This document shows, in pieces, positions 1 to 13,869 of a DNA stretch of 64,000 nt. The notes beneath the pieces were generated by a model. It was given only the letters and a program-made list of their open reading frames with translations. It was not told where the DNA came from and ran no database searches. Location: the NCBI RefSeq assembly GCF_009914755.1, contig NC_060942.1; one strand, written 5' to 3'. The position numbers and the translations under genes were made by a program. Position 1 is the first letter of the stretch. The number at the start of each line of letters is the position of its first letter. The DNA is from the human T2T-CHM13v2.0 reference genome, Homo sapiens.

Positions 1-27
1 GAATCATACAATATGTGGACAGGCTAT

Positions 28-84
28 CCAGCCTGGGTGACAGTGTGAGACTCTGTCTCAAAACAAAACAAAACAAAACAAAAC
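28..84 (+). mobile_element. Alu 3'-terminal fragment with (CAAAA)n tail
   Basis: CCAGCCTGGGTGACAGTGTGAGACTCTGTCTC followed by an A-rich tail matches the end of the Alu right monomer. Confidence 0.85.
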
Positions 85-99
85 TGCAGACTATCGCTC

Positions 100-490
100 T
101 CTAACTGTCCCATAGGCACCACAAACTTGACAAGCCCAAAGTGAAACTCACCGCCCTCCCAAATAGCCTTGGTTGTTGTCCTTCTTGGCAACAACTTAGA
201 TTACCTGATTTCTTCCACTTAGCCAAGCGTTTTGGGGTTCAAGCATGTTTTAGCTTGTATCAGCACTTCATTCCACTTTAGGGTTGATCCCACTCTCTTA
301 CAACTCACAGCCAATCAGCCAGTGAATCCAGCTGAGTCTACCTTCAAAGTATTTCTAGAATGGATTCACTTCCCACTATTTCCACTGTTGGCACTTCATT
401 CCCCCTCCCCAACATAGCATCACCTGTCATCTGGATTTTCTTACTTCTGTCCTTCATGCTTCCCACTCCCTCCCCACTCTTCCTGGTCCA
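100..490 (+). mobile_element. Degenerate L2 fragment
   Basis: CATAGGCACCACAAACTTGACAAGCCCAAAGTGAAACTC and the downstream pyrimidine-rich sequence resemble the L2 3' region. Confidence 0.55.
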
Positions 491-491
491 G

Positions 492-2479
492 TTTTTTTTT
501 CTTTTTTCTTTCTTTCTTTATTATTATTATTATTTTTTATTATACTTTAAGTTCTAGGGTACATGTGCACAACGTGCAGGTTTGTTACATATGTATACAT
601 GTACCATGTTGGTGTGCTGCACCCATTAACTCATCATTTATATTAGGTACATCTCCTAATGCTATCCCTCCTCCCTCCCCCCACCCCACAACAGGCACCG
701 GTGTGTGATGTTCTGCTTCCTGTGTCCAAGTGTTCTCACTGTTCAATTCCCACCTATGAGTGAGAACATGCGGTGTTTGTTTTTTTGTCCTTGTGATAGT
801 TTGCTGAGAATGATGGTTTCCAGCTTCATCCATGTACCTACGAGGGACATGAACTCATCCTTTACGGCTGCATAGTATTCCATGGTGTACATGCCACATT
901 TTCTTAATCCAGTCTATCATTGATGGACATTTGAGTTGGTTCCAAGTCTTTGCTATTGTGAATAGTGCTGCAATGAACATACGTGTGCATGTGTCTTTAT
1001 AGCAGCATGATTTATAATCCTTTGGGTATATACCCAGCAATGGGATGGCTGGGTCAAATGGTATTTCTAGTTCTAGATCCCTGAGGAATCGCCACACTGT
1101 TTTCCACAATTGTTGAACTAGTTTACACTCCCACCAACAGTGTAAAAGTGTTCCTGTTTCTCCACATCCTCTCCAGCACCTGTTGTTTCCTGACTTTTTA
1201 AAGATCGCCATTCTAACTGGTATGAGATGGTATCTTATTGTGGTTTTGATTTGCATTTCTCTGATGGCCAGTGATGATGAACATTTTTTCACGTGTCTGT
1301 TGGCTGCAAAAATGTCTTCTTTTGAGAAGTGTCTGTTCATATCCTTCACCCACTTTTTGATGGGGTTGTTTGTTTTTTTCTTGTAAATTTGTTTGAGTTA
1401 TTTGTAGATTCTGGATATTAGCCCTTTGTCAGATGAGTAGATTGCAAAAATTTTCTCCCATTTTGTAGGTTGCCTGTTCACTCTGATGGTAGTTTCTGTT
1501 GCTGTGCAGTAGCTCTTTAGTTTAATTAGATCCCATTTGTCAATTTTGGCTTTTGTTACCATTGCTTTTGGTGTTTTAGTGATGAAGTCCTTGCCCATGC
1601 CTATGTCCTGTATGGTATTGCCTACGTTTTCTTCTAGGATTTTTATGGTTTTAGGTCTAACATTTAAGTCTTTAATCCATCTTGAATTAATTTTTGTATA
1701 AGGTGTAAGGAAGGGATCCAGTTTCAGCTTTCTACATATGGCTAGCCAGTTTTCCCAGCACCATTTGTTAAATAGGGGATCCTTTCCCCATTTCTTGTTT
1801 CTGTCAGGTTTGTCAAAGATCAGATGGTTGTAGATGTGTGGTATTATTTCTGAGGGCTCTGTTCTGTTCCATTCGTCTATATGTCTGTTTTGGTACCAGT
1901 ACCATGCTGTTTTGGTTACTGTAGCCTTGTAGTATAGTTTGAAGTCAGGTAGCGTGATACCTCCGGCTTTGTTCTTTTGGCTTAGGATTGACTTGTCAAT
2001 GCAGGCTCTTTTTTGGTTCCATATGAACTTTAAAGTAGTTTTTTCCAATTCTGTGAAGAAAGTCATTGGTAACTTGATGGGGGTGGCATTGAATCTATAA
2101 ATTACCTTGTGCAGTATGGCCATTTTCATGATATTGATTCTTCCTATCCATGAGCTTGGAATGTTCTTCCATTTGTTTGTGCCCTCTTTTATTTCGTTGA
2201 GTAGTGGTTTGTAGTTCTCCTTGACGAGGTCCTTCACATCCCTTGTAAGTTGGATTCCTAGGTATGTTTTTCTCTTTGAAGCAATTGTGAATGGGAGTTC
2301 ACTCATGATTTGGCTCTCTGTTTGTCTGTTGTTGGTGTATAAGAATGCTTGTGATTTTTGCACATTGATTTTGTATCCCGAGACTTTGCTGAAGTTGCTT
2401 ATCAGCTTAAGGAGATTTTGGGCTGAGATGATGGGGTTTTCTAAATATACAATCATGTCATCTGCAAACAGGGGCAATT
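492..2479 (-). mobile_element. 5'-truncated L1PA (about L1PA4-6), ~2 kb, with poly(A) tail
   Basis: Poly-T/(TTA)n tail at 492-540, L1PA 3'UTR (TATACTTTAAGTTCTAGGGTACATGTGCACAACGTGCAGG), and near-consensus ORF2p translation. Confidence 0.97.
750..2477 (-). pseudogene. L1 ORF2p C-terminal remnant (RT from FADD motif onward plus Cys-rich domain)
   Basis: ORFs 1398..2477 ([13 protein letters not shown]...) and 855..1349 (CWRGC...HCWWEC) are in the same frame, separated by a single TAA at 1398-1400 in place of E of IYKELKQ. Frameshifts occur near 890. Confidence 0.93.
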
Positions 2480-2790
2480 GGGATCTTTAATGGAATTATA
2501 TTGAAACTATAGTTTATTTGGGGAAAACTGTTATTCAGTATTGCATTCTCTTATTTGTAAGCATTGCATATGAGTTCATTTACCTAAATATTTTCCAATG
2601 TCTTCCAATATACATCTATAACCTTCTCCATGAGAGGCTTGCAAATTCTGCACTTTTGAAATGATCCATACTGAATTATATTCTATTTTAATGATTGTGT
2701 GGCATATTCTTTCACTTTTTTACATTTTTCAATTATATCTATTTTAAATAATACCATTTATTGCATATTAATAACTTTAATATTTTCACA
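2480..2790 (-). mobile_element. Old L1M ORF2 fragment
   Basis: TTGGGATCTTTAATGGAATTATATTGAAACTATAG...GGGGAAAACTG is a diverged homolog of the L1PA segment at ~2070-2200. Confidence 0.6.
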
Positions 2791-4051
2791 ACGAAATGTC
2801 CTTAGAAATATTAATCTCATCATTTAAAAGGAAAGTTAAAAAACCTACGACAAATGAAGGCAAGAAGAAAATAACTTGAAGACACATAAGCATTCCTGCC
2901 AACATCATCCCAGTGATGGAAAAAAATTATAATAAAATCCTTATGAATGCATTTTTATAAATCCAGCTTTTGTGTTTTTTGCTGGGATGTGTCTACTGCT
3001 AAGAAATTGTGCTCTGACTTGTTCAGATACCAAGTTCTATTCTTGTTGGATTGATGTTTGGGGGTTTATGATAGATAGAAAAGTAAAATCTAACACCTTT
3101 ACCTCCACCATCCTTACTTCAAAAGAAACTGCTCTGTCTGATACTCTCCCTGAAGTTTCTATTGACAGGACATCAATCATTTTATTTGTATACACGTTTT
3201 CACAACATTAAAAGTGCCTCACAAAGCTAGTAACACTCAGTTCTCAATATAGACGACAAGTTATTTGTTCAAAAGGCAAGCTTATCAAGCCTGCACCACT
3301 TACTTTCTGGGTCCAGAGCTATATTGGCTGAATATGAAATAAGGGTAGAATCTGTTGCCCATGCCATTAGACAAGCAGAGGCCCTATGAAAGTCTCTATA
3401 TCAGCTTCTTGGAATTTCAGGCTGTAAGCTCCTGTGTGTCAGAAGGGACCATATATATCCACAAGGTAAAAGGATGTGCCAGATTCTCCAGGAGTCTTCC
3501 ATATGTAACTGCCATAAGTCTCAAATCTCTAGGCTAAAAGTTATCATGGAGTACGAACAGTTTTAGGGGCTACACTCAGTATCCAAGTCTCACTGCATAC
3601 AGTCATTTTAACTAAAACTGAATACAAACACCATTTCTTTATTGGCAAAATGTGCAATCACTTTTTGTTTTAGCCATTCTTCAACATGAGCCATTCATTC
3701 AGGTGGAGTCTACCTTCTCACTTTCTCTTCAGGCACCTCGTCTTCTGCCCTGCTCTACCCTGCCCTATGACCTTTCTTCTAGGTTATCATAAGCACACCT
3801 CCCTTGTCTTTTCAGTCACCATATTACACTGGCATGATTCATCCTCTCTCTCATCTGAATATTTTAACCTACATTTACTTTCTTCATACAATTTATTTCA
3901 ATAGTGTCTTAGAGATAAATTATATTTGCATATATGTATCAATGCTGTCTGTGAGTATCAGTTTGATGCCAGAGTTATGTGATCATGTAAATTTCTCTTT
4001 GAGTTCCACAGGCCAGCTGTGTAATTATACTCATGATGTAATACATATAGC

Positions 4052-4088
4052 ACATACACACACACATACACACACACACAGGCACACA
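4052..4088. repeat. (CA)n microsatellite, interrupted
   Basis: Direct reading. Confidence 0.9.
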
Positions 4089-5809
4089 GCATGTATATAT
4101 TAAATTTTCATATTATTATTTATATGTTGCTGTAGAAAATTTCTTGGTTCATATACTCATGTTCTTCCTATTAGAGTATTACTAGAAACTTGAAGCAGAA
4201 GATGTGTATCTTTGTTCCCTAATTTCTTCCAGAAACAAAATAAAAAAAACTATGCCTGTAAAAGGCTGTATATAAAAATTTTTGAGTGACTGGCATAACT
4301 AAGAAGTAGGATAATTTTGTTTTATATACTGCCAATAATAAAAAAGTTGTGGCAATGGAAAATTTGTATATGTTTTAATACACAGTTATTTTTAAATGAT
4401 CATAAATATCAATTATATGTACATATGAATTTATACATATAATCTATATAATTATTTTATAGTAATCAATAAATTAGGTACTTCTACTATAAAACATTAC
4501 ATATAGATATGTATATGTTACAGAGAGATTGTTGTCTTTTATAATAATATAAAGCAAATTATAATATTAAGTATTTATTTCAATAGTTATTAAAATATGT
4601 AATTTATCATTGATATCAGTGGGTTTATTTCTTAGAAAAAACAAAATTTTATGGTTTTTAAAGAAACATGTTATGGCCTGGAAAAAAATATTTATAGTGT
4701 CTAACTTGTGCAAATATTTTCTTCTCAACAAATTCTTCTATTAACACATACATTTATAGTCATAAAACAACCTTTAAGCCACATTTTACTAAGCCCTAAA
4801 GCAGATGAAAATCAAATGCAGATGTGGAAAGGGAGCCAAACAGATGCTGAAAAACTCTGTCAATATCCTAAAGGAATCCATTCCCTATCAGAAAGAAACT
4901 TAATTTCTACTATAAAGAATTTGATTATGTATTGTTATACAAAATGTGATTAATGTTTTGTGGTGATTAATCAACTGCAAAATATATAATTATGCCATCT
5001 GTATTTTTCCAGCTTCTTGTCACTTACAAATTCTGCAGGGGAGTTGGGAGGTGGGGTATTGAGAACTTGTGGCATTTGGAGAGCTTTAAAGCCACAGGAG
5101 ACTAGTCTGGGGAAACAGAGCAACTTAAAGACCTGGTGCTTATTCTAATGGAAAAGTACTAAAGAACATAAACAAAGAGACCCCCAAAGCCCACTGGCTC
5201 CCTGCAGAATGAAACACTGATAAGAGAGGCCCATAACCTCCCAGACACAGCAAGAATTAGTGCTTCTAGATAAATTGCCATTTGCTTTTCACTCCAGAAA
5301 TGGGTTACAGACTTCATCTTGACTCGTGGAAGTAACAGTTACAGTACCAAGCAAGGTTTATCATTTATTTCAAAACAAATAAAGTGAATACTTTTGCATT
5401 TCCAGTCCACTATAATTCAAGATGTAGGACTGTGATTAAGGTGTATGCTATGATTGATATTCATATCTTCCCCCCAAAATGAAAACTGTTAAGAGTTGTA
5501 TTTACATGAATGTCCCAGTTGGACAAAGTTTCAATATAGTTGAGAGTTGCTTATAAAGTTCAATTCTGCAGAATACCTAGGGTTTTAATATATTGTTTTG
5601 ACCTAGATAATGCTAGATAATATGTTTCACTGATTTTTTTTATTTTACTATTGCTCTGGGGGGGGGCATTATATGGAAACAACTTACAGTGAGTTTTGTT
5701 TCAAATTCTTGATGTTTTTTCATGAAAATAGCATTTTACTTGTGTGCTATATGGTAGCACAAAGAGCTGTTGTAGTTGATTTTCTCTTAGCATGCTACCT
5801 TGACTCTGG

Positions 5810-6290
5810 ATATACATCAGAATCACATGGAATCCACTTTTAAACATAAATTCTGTGCCATACCTGCAGATAATGCTTGAGTTGCCCAGAGGTGGGGGCC
5901 AAACATTCGTGATTTTAGAATTTCCCAGATACTTTTCATGTAATGTTTATCCAAAATGAATATGCAATAGGCCAATGGTTCTTCAAGTGAGGTCTCCAGA
6001 TCGCCAGCATGAGCAACAGCTGGAAACTTTTTTAAAATGCAAATTATTAGACTCCACTTCAGATCTACTGAATTCAAACCTCTGGGAATGGGGTCTAGGG
6101 ATCTGTGATGCAGTAAGCCCTGCAGACAACTTTGGAGCATATTAATTGTTCCTCAAACTTCAGCTGGCATCAGAATCAGAATGTCTGATATTGTAGGTTT
6201 GGGGCGTGCCTCAGTAATTTGAATTTCTAACTAGCTTCCATGTAGGGCTGATGCTGCTTGTTCAGGAACTTTGGTCATTACTGGGCTAAA
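5810..6290. mobile_element. Cluster of about three MER5-type hAT-Charlie MITE copies
   Basis: CATCAGAATCAC at ~5815; CAATGGTTCTTCAAGTGAGGTC...AAATGCAAATT...CAGATCTACTGAATT at 5973-6120; TCCTCAAACTTCAGCTGGCATCAGAATCA at ~6150. Confidence 0.7.
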
Positions 6291-6394
6291 GTGCTGCAGA
6301 ACTGTAATCTGCAAATAACAAGACAATGTGTCTAGAGGTGTTTTAATCTGTCAAGCCGTATCATTTTTGATCTAAAAACTATTCTTTTTAAAAA

Positions 6395-6670
6395 TTTATT
6401 TTGGGAGACAGGCTCTCTTGCTCTATCGCTCAGGCTGAGCTCACTGTAACCTTAAGCTCCTGGTCTCAAGTAATCCTCCCGTCTCAGCCTCTCAAGTAGC
6501 TAGGACTACAGGTGGTTGCCACAGTGCTCAGCTAATTTTTTATTTTTATTTTCTAGAGACAGCGTCTTGCCATGTTGACTAAGCTGGTTTCAAATACTAG
6601 CCTCAAAGAATCCTCTCGCCTCAGTCTTCCAATGGAATGGAATTACAGGCGTGAGTTACCGCACCCAGGC
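6395..6670 (-). mobile_element. AluJ with small internal deletion
   Basis: Diverged dimeric Alu (GAGACAG...CTCAAGTAATCCTCCCGTCTCAGCCTC...ATTACAGGCGTGAG) lacking the GTGCAGTGG segment. Confidence 0.9.
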
Positions 6671-6884
6671 AAGAATTACTCTCCTTTAAAAGACAGGCTT
6701 TGTAAAACTTTTAGTTTTAAATCACACCAAGTGATACTAAACAGTCTCTGTCGCGCTTTTAGAACAAAAGCTATTTGTGTGCAGGAGCTCCTGTCTTGTT
6801 CATTACTGGCAGCACAATTTAGCTCTCAGTAAACATTTGTACAATGAAGGAGTACATGAAAGCCTTTGTTTGTTTCTTTTGTTT

Positions 6885-7190
6885 TATACTGGCTTATAAA
6901 TAGCATACATTTATTTATCACTGTTCCAGAGGCTAGAAATTCCAAGATTGAGGTACTGTCAGATTCAGTGCCTGATGAGGGGTCACTTCCTGGTTCATAG
7001 ATGGCCACGATTTTGTTGTGTCCTCACATAGTTGAAGGGGAAGGAGAACTCTCTGGGGCCGCCTCTTTTATAAGGTACTAATCTCATTCATGTGGTCTGC
7101 CTATTCATATCCTAATCACCTTCCAAAAACCTTACCTCCAAATACCATCATGTTGGGGATGAAGTTTCAGTATATGAATTTGCATGGATT
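6885..7190 (-). mobile_element. MLT1A-like MaLR LTR
   Basis: GAGGCTAGAAATTCCAAGATTGAGG...CTAATCACCTTCCAAAA...CCTCCAAATACCATCA...TTTCAGTATATGAATTT. Confidence 0.8.
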
Positions 7191-10100
7191 TAGGGAACAT
7201 TTTTTAGGGCATCATATGTCCCAGGGTAAGTGTATCAATGGAGGGTTAGCATTTAAAACTTTTATAGTAATTTGTCGGACTGCATTGTGTCTGTTTTCAT
7301 GTAATAATAAAAGACACATTCGGGCTTGTATTTTTTAATACCTGCTTTAATTTCATTTTCATAAATGTAATATCTATTTTAAGCTCATGGTATTTTCATA
7401 TATTTATTTTTTTGTAAAAGTATTCATACACAATAGATTGGTGGGAGAAATATGTTTAAAACATATTTATATATTTATAATACATAATTTATATATAATA
7501 TATATATTTTTAAAATATAGTTTAAAAAGTGTAACCAATCCGGCTAGTCAGAGTAGAACTTATTGGACCAGAAATCACAGCCTCAGACAATGACTGCTTG
7601 ATAAGAATGTTTTTAATGATCTAGCAACTAAAATTTGGAGGAGTACGGGTTAATATTTGGAGAAACAAGTTTTCTGCTATCCATGGGACTGAATCATCGT
7701 TTCTCACTAGGGCCTGGTTATTTCTTCCAACCTTGGAACACTGGTTGCTCTAGACCAACCTCAGTGAACATGTATTTTGATTGAACTCATCAGTAAACTC
7801 AGTCTACACAAAGATTTGACTTGTTTTTTTTTCCATAGTTGTTTTAATTCATTGCCAAGCTGTTTTGAAATAATATTGTTTGGAGGTATTTCTGGTTAAA
7901 AGATTAAATCCATTCAGTTTGACAATTCACTACAATCAAATATCTATTGTCTCTTTTTCTTTTTTATTCTGAAATGGTTATTATGAAGCTGAACGAGCCG
8001 GTGATGCTACCACTGCAGTTATTTTTTCATTTATATGGCTCTAATATCTGTAAACCTTTAATATTGTCAGTCATAAAATTATGAATCTGCCATTAGCAAC
8101 TTACAAAGGACAGAGTAACTCACTCATAAAGGAGAAACTACATTTTCTCTTGTTTCTTTGTATACATTTTCTGATAATTGTAATAATAAAATTGGAAATA
8201 TAAAAGAATTTTATGGCAGTTTAATTGGGTTTGCGGTTTTAAAACTATGGGTTTGATATAACTAAATGATAGCAGAGGATAAGTAATGATTTTTTAGGAG
8301 AACACAATTTTTGTAGGATAATTTCCTTCTTTTTCTCCTTTATATGGTGAGAAGGAAGAAAAGAATTTGAGAAATTAAAGGCTTAGGAAAGGAGGAGGAG
8401 AGCTTCTCTGTGGGAAAGGTTGACATCGATGTAGCCTCAGAAATGTTATTCTTAATGCAGTGGGAAATCTTTGCATCTTTGTATTCCTCTTAAAGAGATT
8501 TGGATAAGAGCTTCAGTTTAAACTGTTTCAGGAAAGTGATACAGAGACTTGATTGTTTAACATCTCATGTCCACCTGTGTATAAAAACAGAGTGTATTTA
8601 ACATATTTTACCAAGATCTCAAAAGATGTCAGATTCTGTCAAATGTGGCATATTTTCTCGAGACCTCAAAGAGACTTTGGATTTATCAATTTAGTGAGGA
8701 ATGTGTAATTTGCACCACATGTGCAAATCATCAGGTGGCTACCACAAAAAACAAAAAAGAAAAAGAAAAAGAAGCCAACATTAAACAATGTTGCCAAATT
8801 TTGATAAGCAACATTATCACTCATCAGGATGACTTAAAAAGAAACAAATTTCTTATTTAGAATTTGGAGATGTTTCACAAAAAGAAGTCAGAAAAATTTT
8901 TTTAGGAGAAATACAGAAAAATTGAAATTTGATAATAAAGAATATATATTTTAAGATGAGAAATATAGTAAAACAGTACCACTTACACAACCTAAATGCA
9001 TAGTTATTTTAAAGATTTTATAATGAATATTATAAAAATATATCATAATCATATATATAAAGTAATCAATATGAAATTCAAGATGGCATTTTACACCAAG
9101 TAAAGAGAGTCATATGTAGTGAATTAAAAAGAAAATAAATGAAAAGAATATTTTTTTTAAAAAAAGGGTTTATTAATCACTAATTGGGGTAGCCTTGAAT
9201 TTGGGGATAAATTTAGTCATTGACCTTTAGAAGCATGACTGAGTGAAGTGTTACAGAGAAGATGAGAATTGGGAGTTATCACACACCCTTGGTGAAGTAC
9301 TTTCAGTTGCCATAATTTTGCAAAATTAAATCTCTTTGTAATATCAAAAACTTGGAAGTATCCATTAGGAGAAGAATTTATAATTTTCACATGTTGACAA
9401 ATGAATAAAAGCATTCTATCTGTGTAGATACAGATTTATATTGAAGATTTTTAATGTAGAGTGAAAAAAGAAAGTTGCAGGATGGTTAAATACAGAATGA
9501 GACTAAAGCAAATAGCGCATCATTCATGGCTTATAAATACATTTGGATGGTAGCTCCTCCAGACAAGGGATTGAGAGTGTGTTGAGAAAAAATGTAATTT
9601 CATCTATATCTGTTACTTAACAACAAAAGATATTATATGCAGAAATTATTATTTTGTTAATGCTTAGTAATTTCTAGAGGTCAGTTAGTTTATTTTACCT
9701 TTAGAATATTTTATAATACAAGAAGTTGAAGGAACAAAAAAATGACACCATATAATTCTGCTTCAGAGTGAAGCCAAACAGATTGTTTTGCTAATTTCAT
9801 CATTTTTATTGAAAGTGCTTATTGACCTATGTGAATACAGTACTAGGTTGAACTATACATTCCTATGTACAATGTGTTTGCAATTTCAAAGCCCCATCTG
9901 GAGAAAAAAAATTTGAGGAGGCTGAAATTTTAGGTATAGTTCCTTATTTCTTGTGGTATTTTGTGTAAATAGCTCTAGTTTTCACAAACCATGTTCTCTC
10001 TGCATAAACTTTCGTAACATTGCAAAAAGAAATTCAACTCAAAGCAAAGCAAAGTATATTCATTTTCATTTAATAGCTACATATTGAAAAAATATTATTT

Positions 10101-11499
10101 CTATGTGTTCATTTAATTACAAGCTTCTTTGAAAGAACTAACTGCTAATGCTTTGTTATGGAACTTCAACTTTTCAAAGATACCATATCAGGGTATCCAA
10201 TTAAAGGAGACCATTAAGGAAATACATTGCAATTAAGTTTACATTCAACAGATAGGACTTCTTGGTAGATAAGAGAAATCGTTTAAATGTAGGCTATTTA
10301 TTTATTTTTACATTTTATCATGTTGATTATCACAGCATGAGGTATTCTTTTAGATTAAAAACATTGCAAAATGTTAAATTTAAAAAATGAAAAAGCCAAT
10401 ATGCACAATTAAACAATTATCACTTTCAACCTAGACTCACAAATGAAAATTAATAAGTAAAACAAGAACACATAAACACTTAGGGGGTCTCAGTTATACT
10501 CCCTGCCTCTGTGGCAGCTCCATTAACTTGAAACCTTGGATTGTTATTAAGAAATTACAGTCTTGCCTTAGGAAAGGAGTAGAGTTATGCTTGTTCATAA
10601 ACCTGGAATATATCTTCCTTATCATCATGGTTTCCACCTTCATAGGTGGAAGAGATATATATTTCAACATGTGACACTTAATAAATCCACAGTCCACCTC
10701 TTTTTTTCCCAAAATACATTTTCAAATTCCATTAAAGATTACGTAGTAAGTTTGCAACTAGAGGCAAAGCCCATGCTTCAAATACATAGCAATGATAAAA
10801 GAACATATAAAAGAGTAAATAATGGCAATGGCAATAACAAAAGCACTTCATGCAGGCTCAAAAAACCAGATTATATACTTTCATGGACCAGAAATAGAAC
10901 AGATGCACAAAACTGTGAGCGCAGTGATGGTGTCAGGCCTGCTGGTCTCCAAGATTATGAACAGACAATAGCAATGATATTCAGTAAGGAATCACCTGTT
11001 TAAAGCCAGAGGACAGTAGTTAGAATACTTTGAAACTAGCTTAAAAAAATCCGAAACTTAAGAATCCAGGGAAGCTCATAGACAAGATCAAAGATATGTG
11101 AACAGAAAATTCAGCAAATCACAGCTGGCTGGATAAAAGGAAATACAAAATCCCTGATAGTTTAACAAGAAAGATATCTGAGCCACAACTATAAGGATCG
11201 AGGTCCAGTGAGGAGGGTGGGCAAATCTGATATGCATGAATCAATGACAGGTAAGAAAAGGAGGATGAAGTGAAGGAAAGAGCAAGAAATAAGAAGCACA
11301 CACACAAAACTTTCCACTCAAAATTAACATTTAATTCAAAATTGCAAAAACAGGTAAAAATGTATATATGCACAATATTCTATAGTATATATTTTTATCA
11401 TATATATTTCAACATAAATTCCTGGAAAAGAGAATTTAGCTAGATGAGACTCATTTTGTACAAATGTTTTAAAATAATTTAAACACACTGAATTAGAAC

Positions 11500-11850
11500 A
11501 AAATAAAATTTAAACTTCTCTACACAAAAGGCAAAATAAAGTTAAAGGACAACAAATGGCAAAAAAAATTATGATACATCTAAATGACAAATGATTATTC
11601 TCTGGCATATATTAAGAATTTACCAAATCTGTAAGGAAAATACAATCAACTTAAAGGTTATGAGCACACAACACATACAAGGAAAACAGTTAACCAAAGG
11701 TATGAAAAGATGTTCAACCTAATTGTTACCAGGGAAATGAAAATATAAACAAAATATTTCATCTGCATCTGATTGGCAAAATGTGAAATGTCTGCTAATG
11801 CTACGTGTTGGACATGTTGTTCGCTTTGGCAGCCTAATATAAAATTCATA
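11500..11850 (+). mobile_element. Old L1M ORF2 3' fragment
   Basis: GGTATGAAAAGATGTTCAACCTAATT...CAGGGAAATGAAAAT...GATTGGCAAAA. Confidence 0.6.
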
Positions 11851-12379
11851 GGTAATATTACCTCTCTATACACATACATTCAAAAATCCAACAATATAAC
11901 ATGATAGTATCATAATATATAGCATCACAATTAAAATATGCAAGGAGAAATAAAGAAAAGTAATTTATAATGTGATTATATAGTATAATATATCAATGCT
12001 TGGGCATGACAACATAATGTCAGGCATTTGCCTCTATATCACCATGAAAGGGGCAGCAATGAATACAAATCCTGACATTTTTAGTAGAGGATTTAATGGC
12101 CATGGGCATTTCTGTCATTAGTGATGTACTTTTTCCAAGTAGTGACCAATTTTTTTGTACAGATCCTTATCTGTCACTACACACACACACAATGTATCTT
12201 TCTACAACTGTCACAGTGGTTCCAATCATTGGAAATTCAGCATAAGTTAAAACTAAGCAAAACTACTTTGGATATGTATGAAAGATAATTGACATTATAG
12301 CTTTGATAATTACTCACAGGATCTCTTTTTAAAAAACAATCTTGATAGGTGTCCAGTTATACTTTCAAAAGACCTCTGA

Positions 12380-12555
12380 GGAACAGAACAATTCTTATGG
12401 GGGGACTGTTGCATGTATTGTTGGTCATCTCACATTCCTAACATCCACCAGCTTCGTGCTTGTAGTGCTTTCCAATCATTACGGCAACCCAAAACATCCC
12501 TAGAAATTTTCCAGTGCCTCTCAGAATGTCGCATCCCCATCTGTGAGAAGCACTG
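12380..12555 (-). mobile_element. MER20-like DNA transposon
   Basis: GGGGGACTGTTGCATGTATTG...CAACCCAAAACATCCCTAGA...GAGAAGCACTG resembles the reverse-complemented MER20 consensus. Confidence 0.65.
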
Positions 12556-12579
12556 ACATAGAGCAATGGGAAATTTTTC

Positions 12580-13150
12580 AGGATATTGATTGTGATATAA
12601 ATTGGTGCAACTTACAGGGCAGCACGTTTATAATGCATTAAAATATATCACTCTCTAAGACTAAGCAATTCCACTTACGAGCATACACTCCAGAAAAACC
12701 CTACTTCATGACTCCAGGAAAAACACATATGAATTATTATTAAAACATAGAGAAAAACTGAAACCTAAACATCTATAAACAGAAGGGATAAGTAAACAGT
12801 GATACATTCTTGCCATGGAATACCTGATAGAAATATGTAAAAATGACCTAGCATTACACATATCAAAATAGATAAACTACAAAAACATAACATTGAGAAA
12901 AAGTTGAATTTATGCATTATGATGTCCACTGCATACAGTTTGTATAATAAGAAGTTAATATTTACGTTGTTGAGGACACATACACATGTAGTAAACAACA
13001 ATGGCACACACCAATGGTACACACAGCTTCTTTATCTAGGAAGGGAGGGAGAGAATCTAGTATGTTACTTTCCTAAGTAGAAGGTTCAATATGGACATGT
13101 CAAAATGTTTTTGTTGTTAACCTACTATCTATGAGATTTTTAATATTCTT
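12580..13150 (+). mobile_element. L1ME-like 3' end
   Basis: AAATTGGTGCAAC...AGCAATTCCACTT...AACCTAAACATCTAT...AAAACATAACATTGAG. Confidence 0.65.
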
Positions 13151-13869
13151 TTATATAACTATGTGAGGTAATTGTTTTCAAAAACTGCATATTGTTTTAG
13201 GTAATGAAAGTCAGTATCTCTTTCATGGCGTGAGACTATATTGGTAACGGAAGAGAAAAAGTTCCTTTTTTCATATGCCTTTTGTTCTGTATTTGAAATA
13301 TGTCCTTACAAATAAATTCTCCCACAGGTCCACTTAGATAGCTTGCATTTTTCCTATATTATATGAAATCTAGACAATTTGACTGAATAAAACTATGTGT
13401 CATTCATCTTAGTTTCTTAGTTTCTAGCATGATGTCTAATTTATGCATCATGTGTGAGAGATACTTAAATAGATGGAATGTGGGGGTAGATTATGTGTGA
13501 AAATAAACACAGATGAATTGAATACTCTGTGCTAGGGACTTTTTTCCGGGACTGATTATCGTTGGGAGTGTGGGTGGGGTATAATCTTATGCCAAAATAC
13601 AGGTGTTTCCCATCGTTGCTGAAGCTTTAAAAAGTAAAAATCATTTCATAGGCTATTTCTGCATATTTCAGACATTTGGCAACACACATTGAAGGAGGGA
13701 TGACCTACTTGTGTTTCTTTTCTCCTTTTTCTGTATTCCCTTTATTTTACTTTTTTTTTTAACTTGAAAAGGTCTATACAATAATAAATCACAAATAGAA
13801 TTCTATTTAAAGTATACCACTACTGTTGAAAACTTATGTTTGAGCTTTGTTTTTTTGTTTGTTTGGGTT

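Noticed and set aside
855-2477. Reverse transcriptase as a novel or active retro-system
   Set aside because: It is ordinary L1 ORF2p lacking promoter, ORF1, endonuclease and the N-terminal RT half, with a stop and frameshifts.
10587-11003. 138-aa ATG-initiated ORF
   Set aside because: No recognisable domain or exon context; length is compatible with chance in 64 kb.
13793-13808. Perfect palindrome AAATAGAATTCTATTT
   Set aside because: A short AT-only palindrome expected by chance in this composition.
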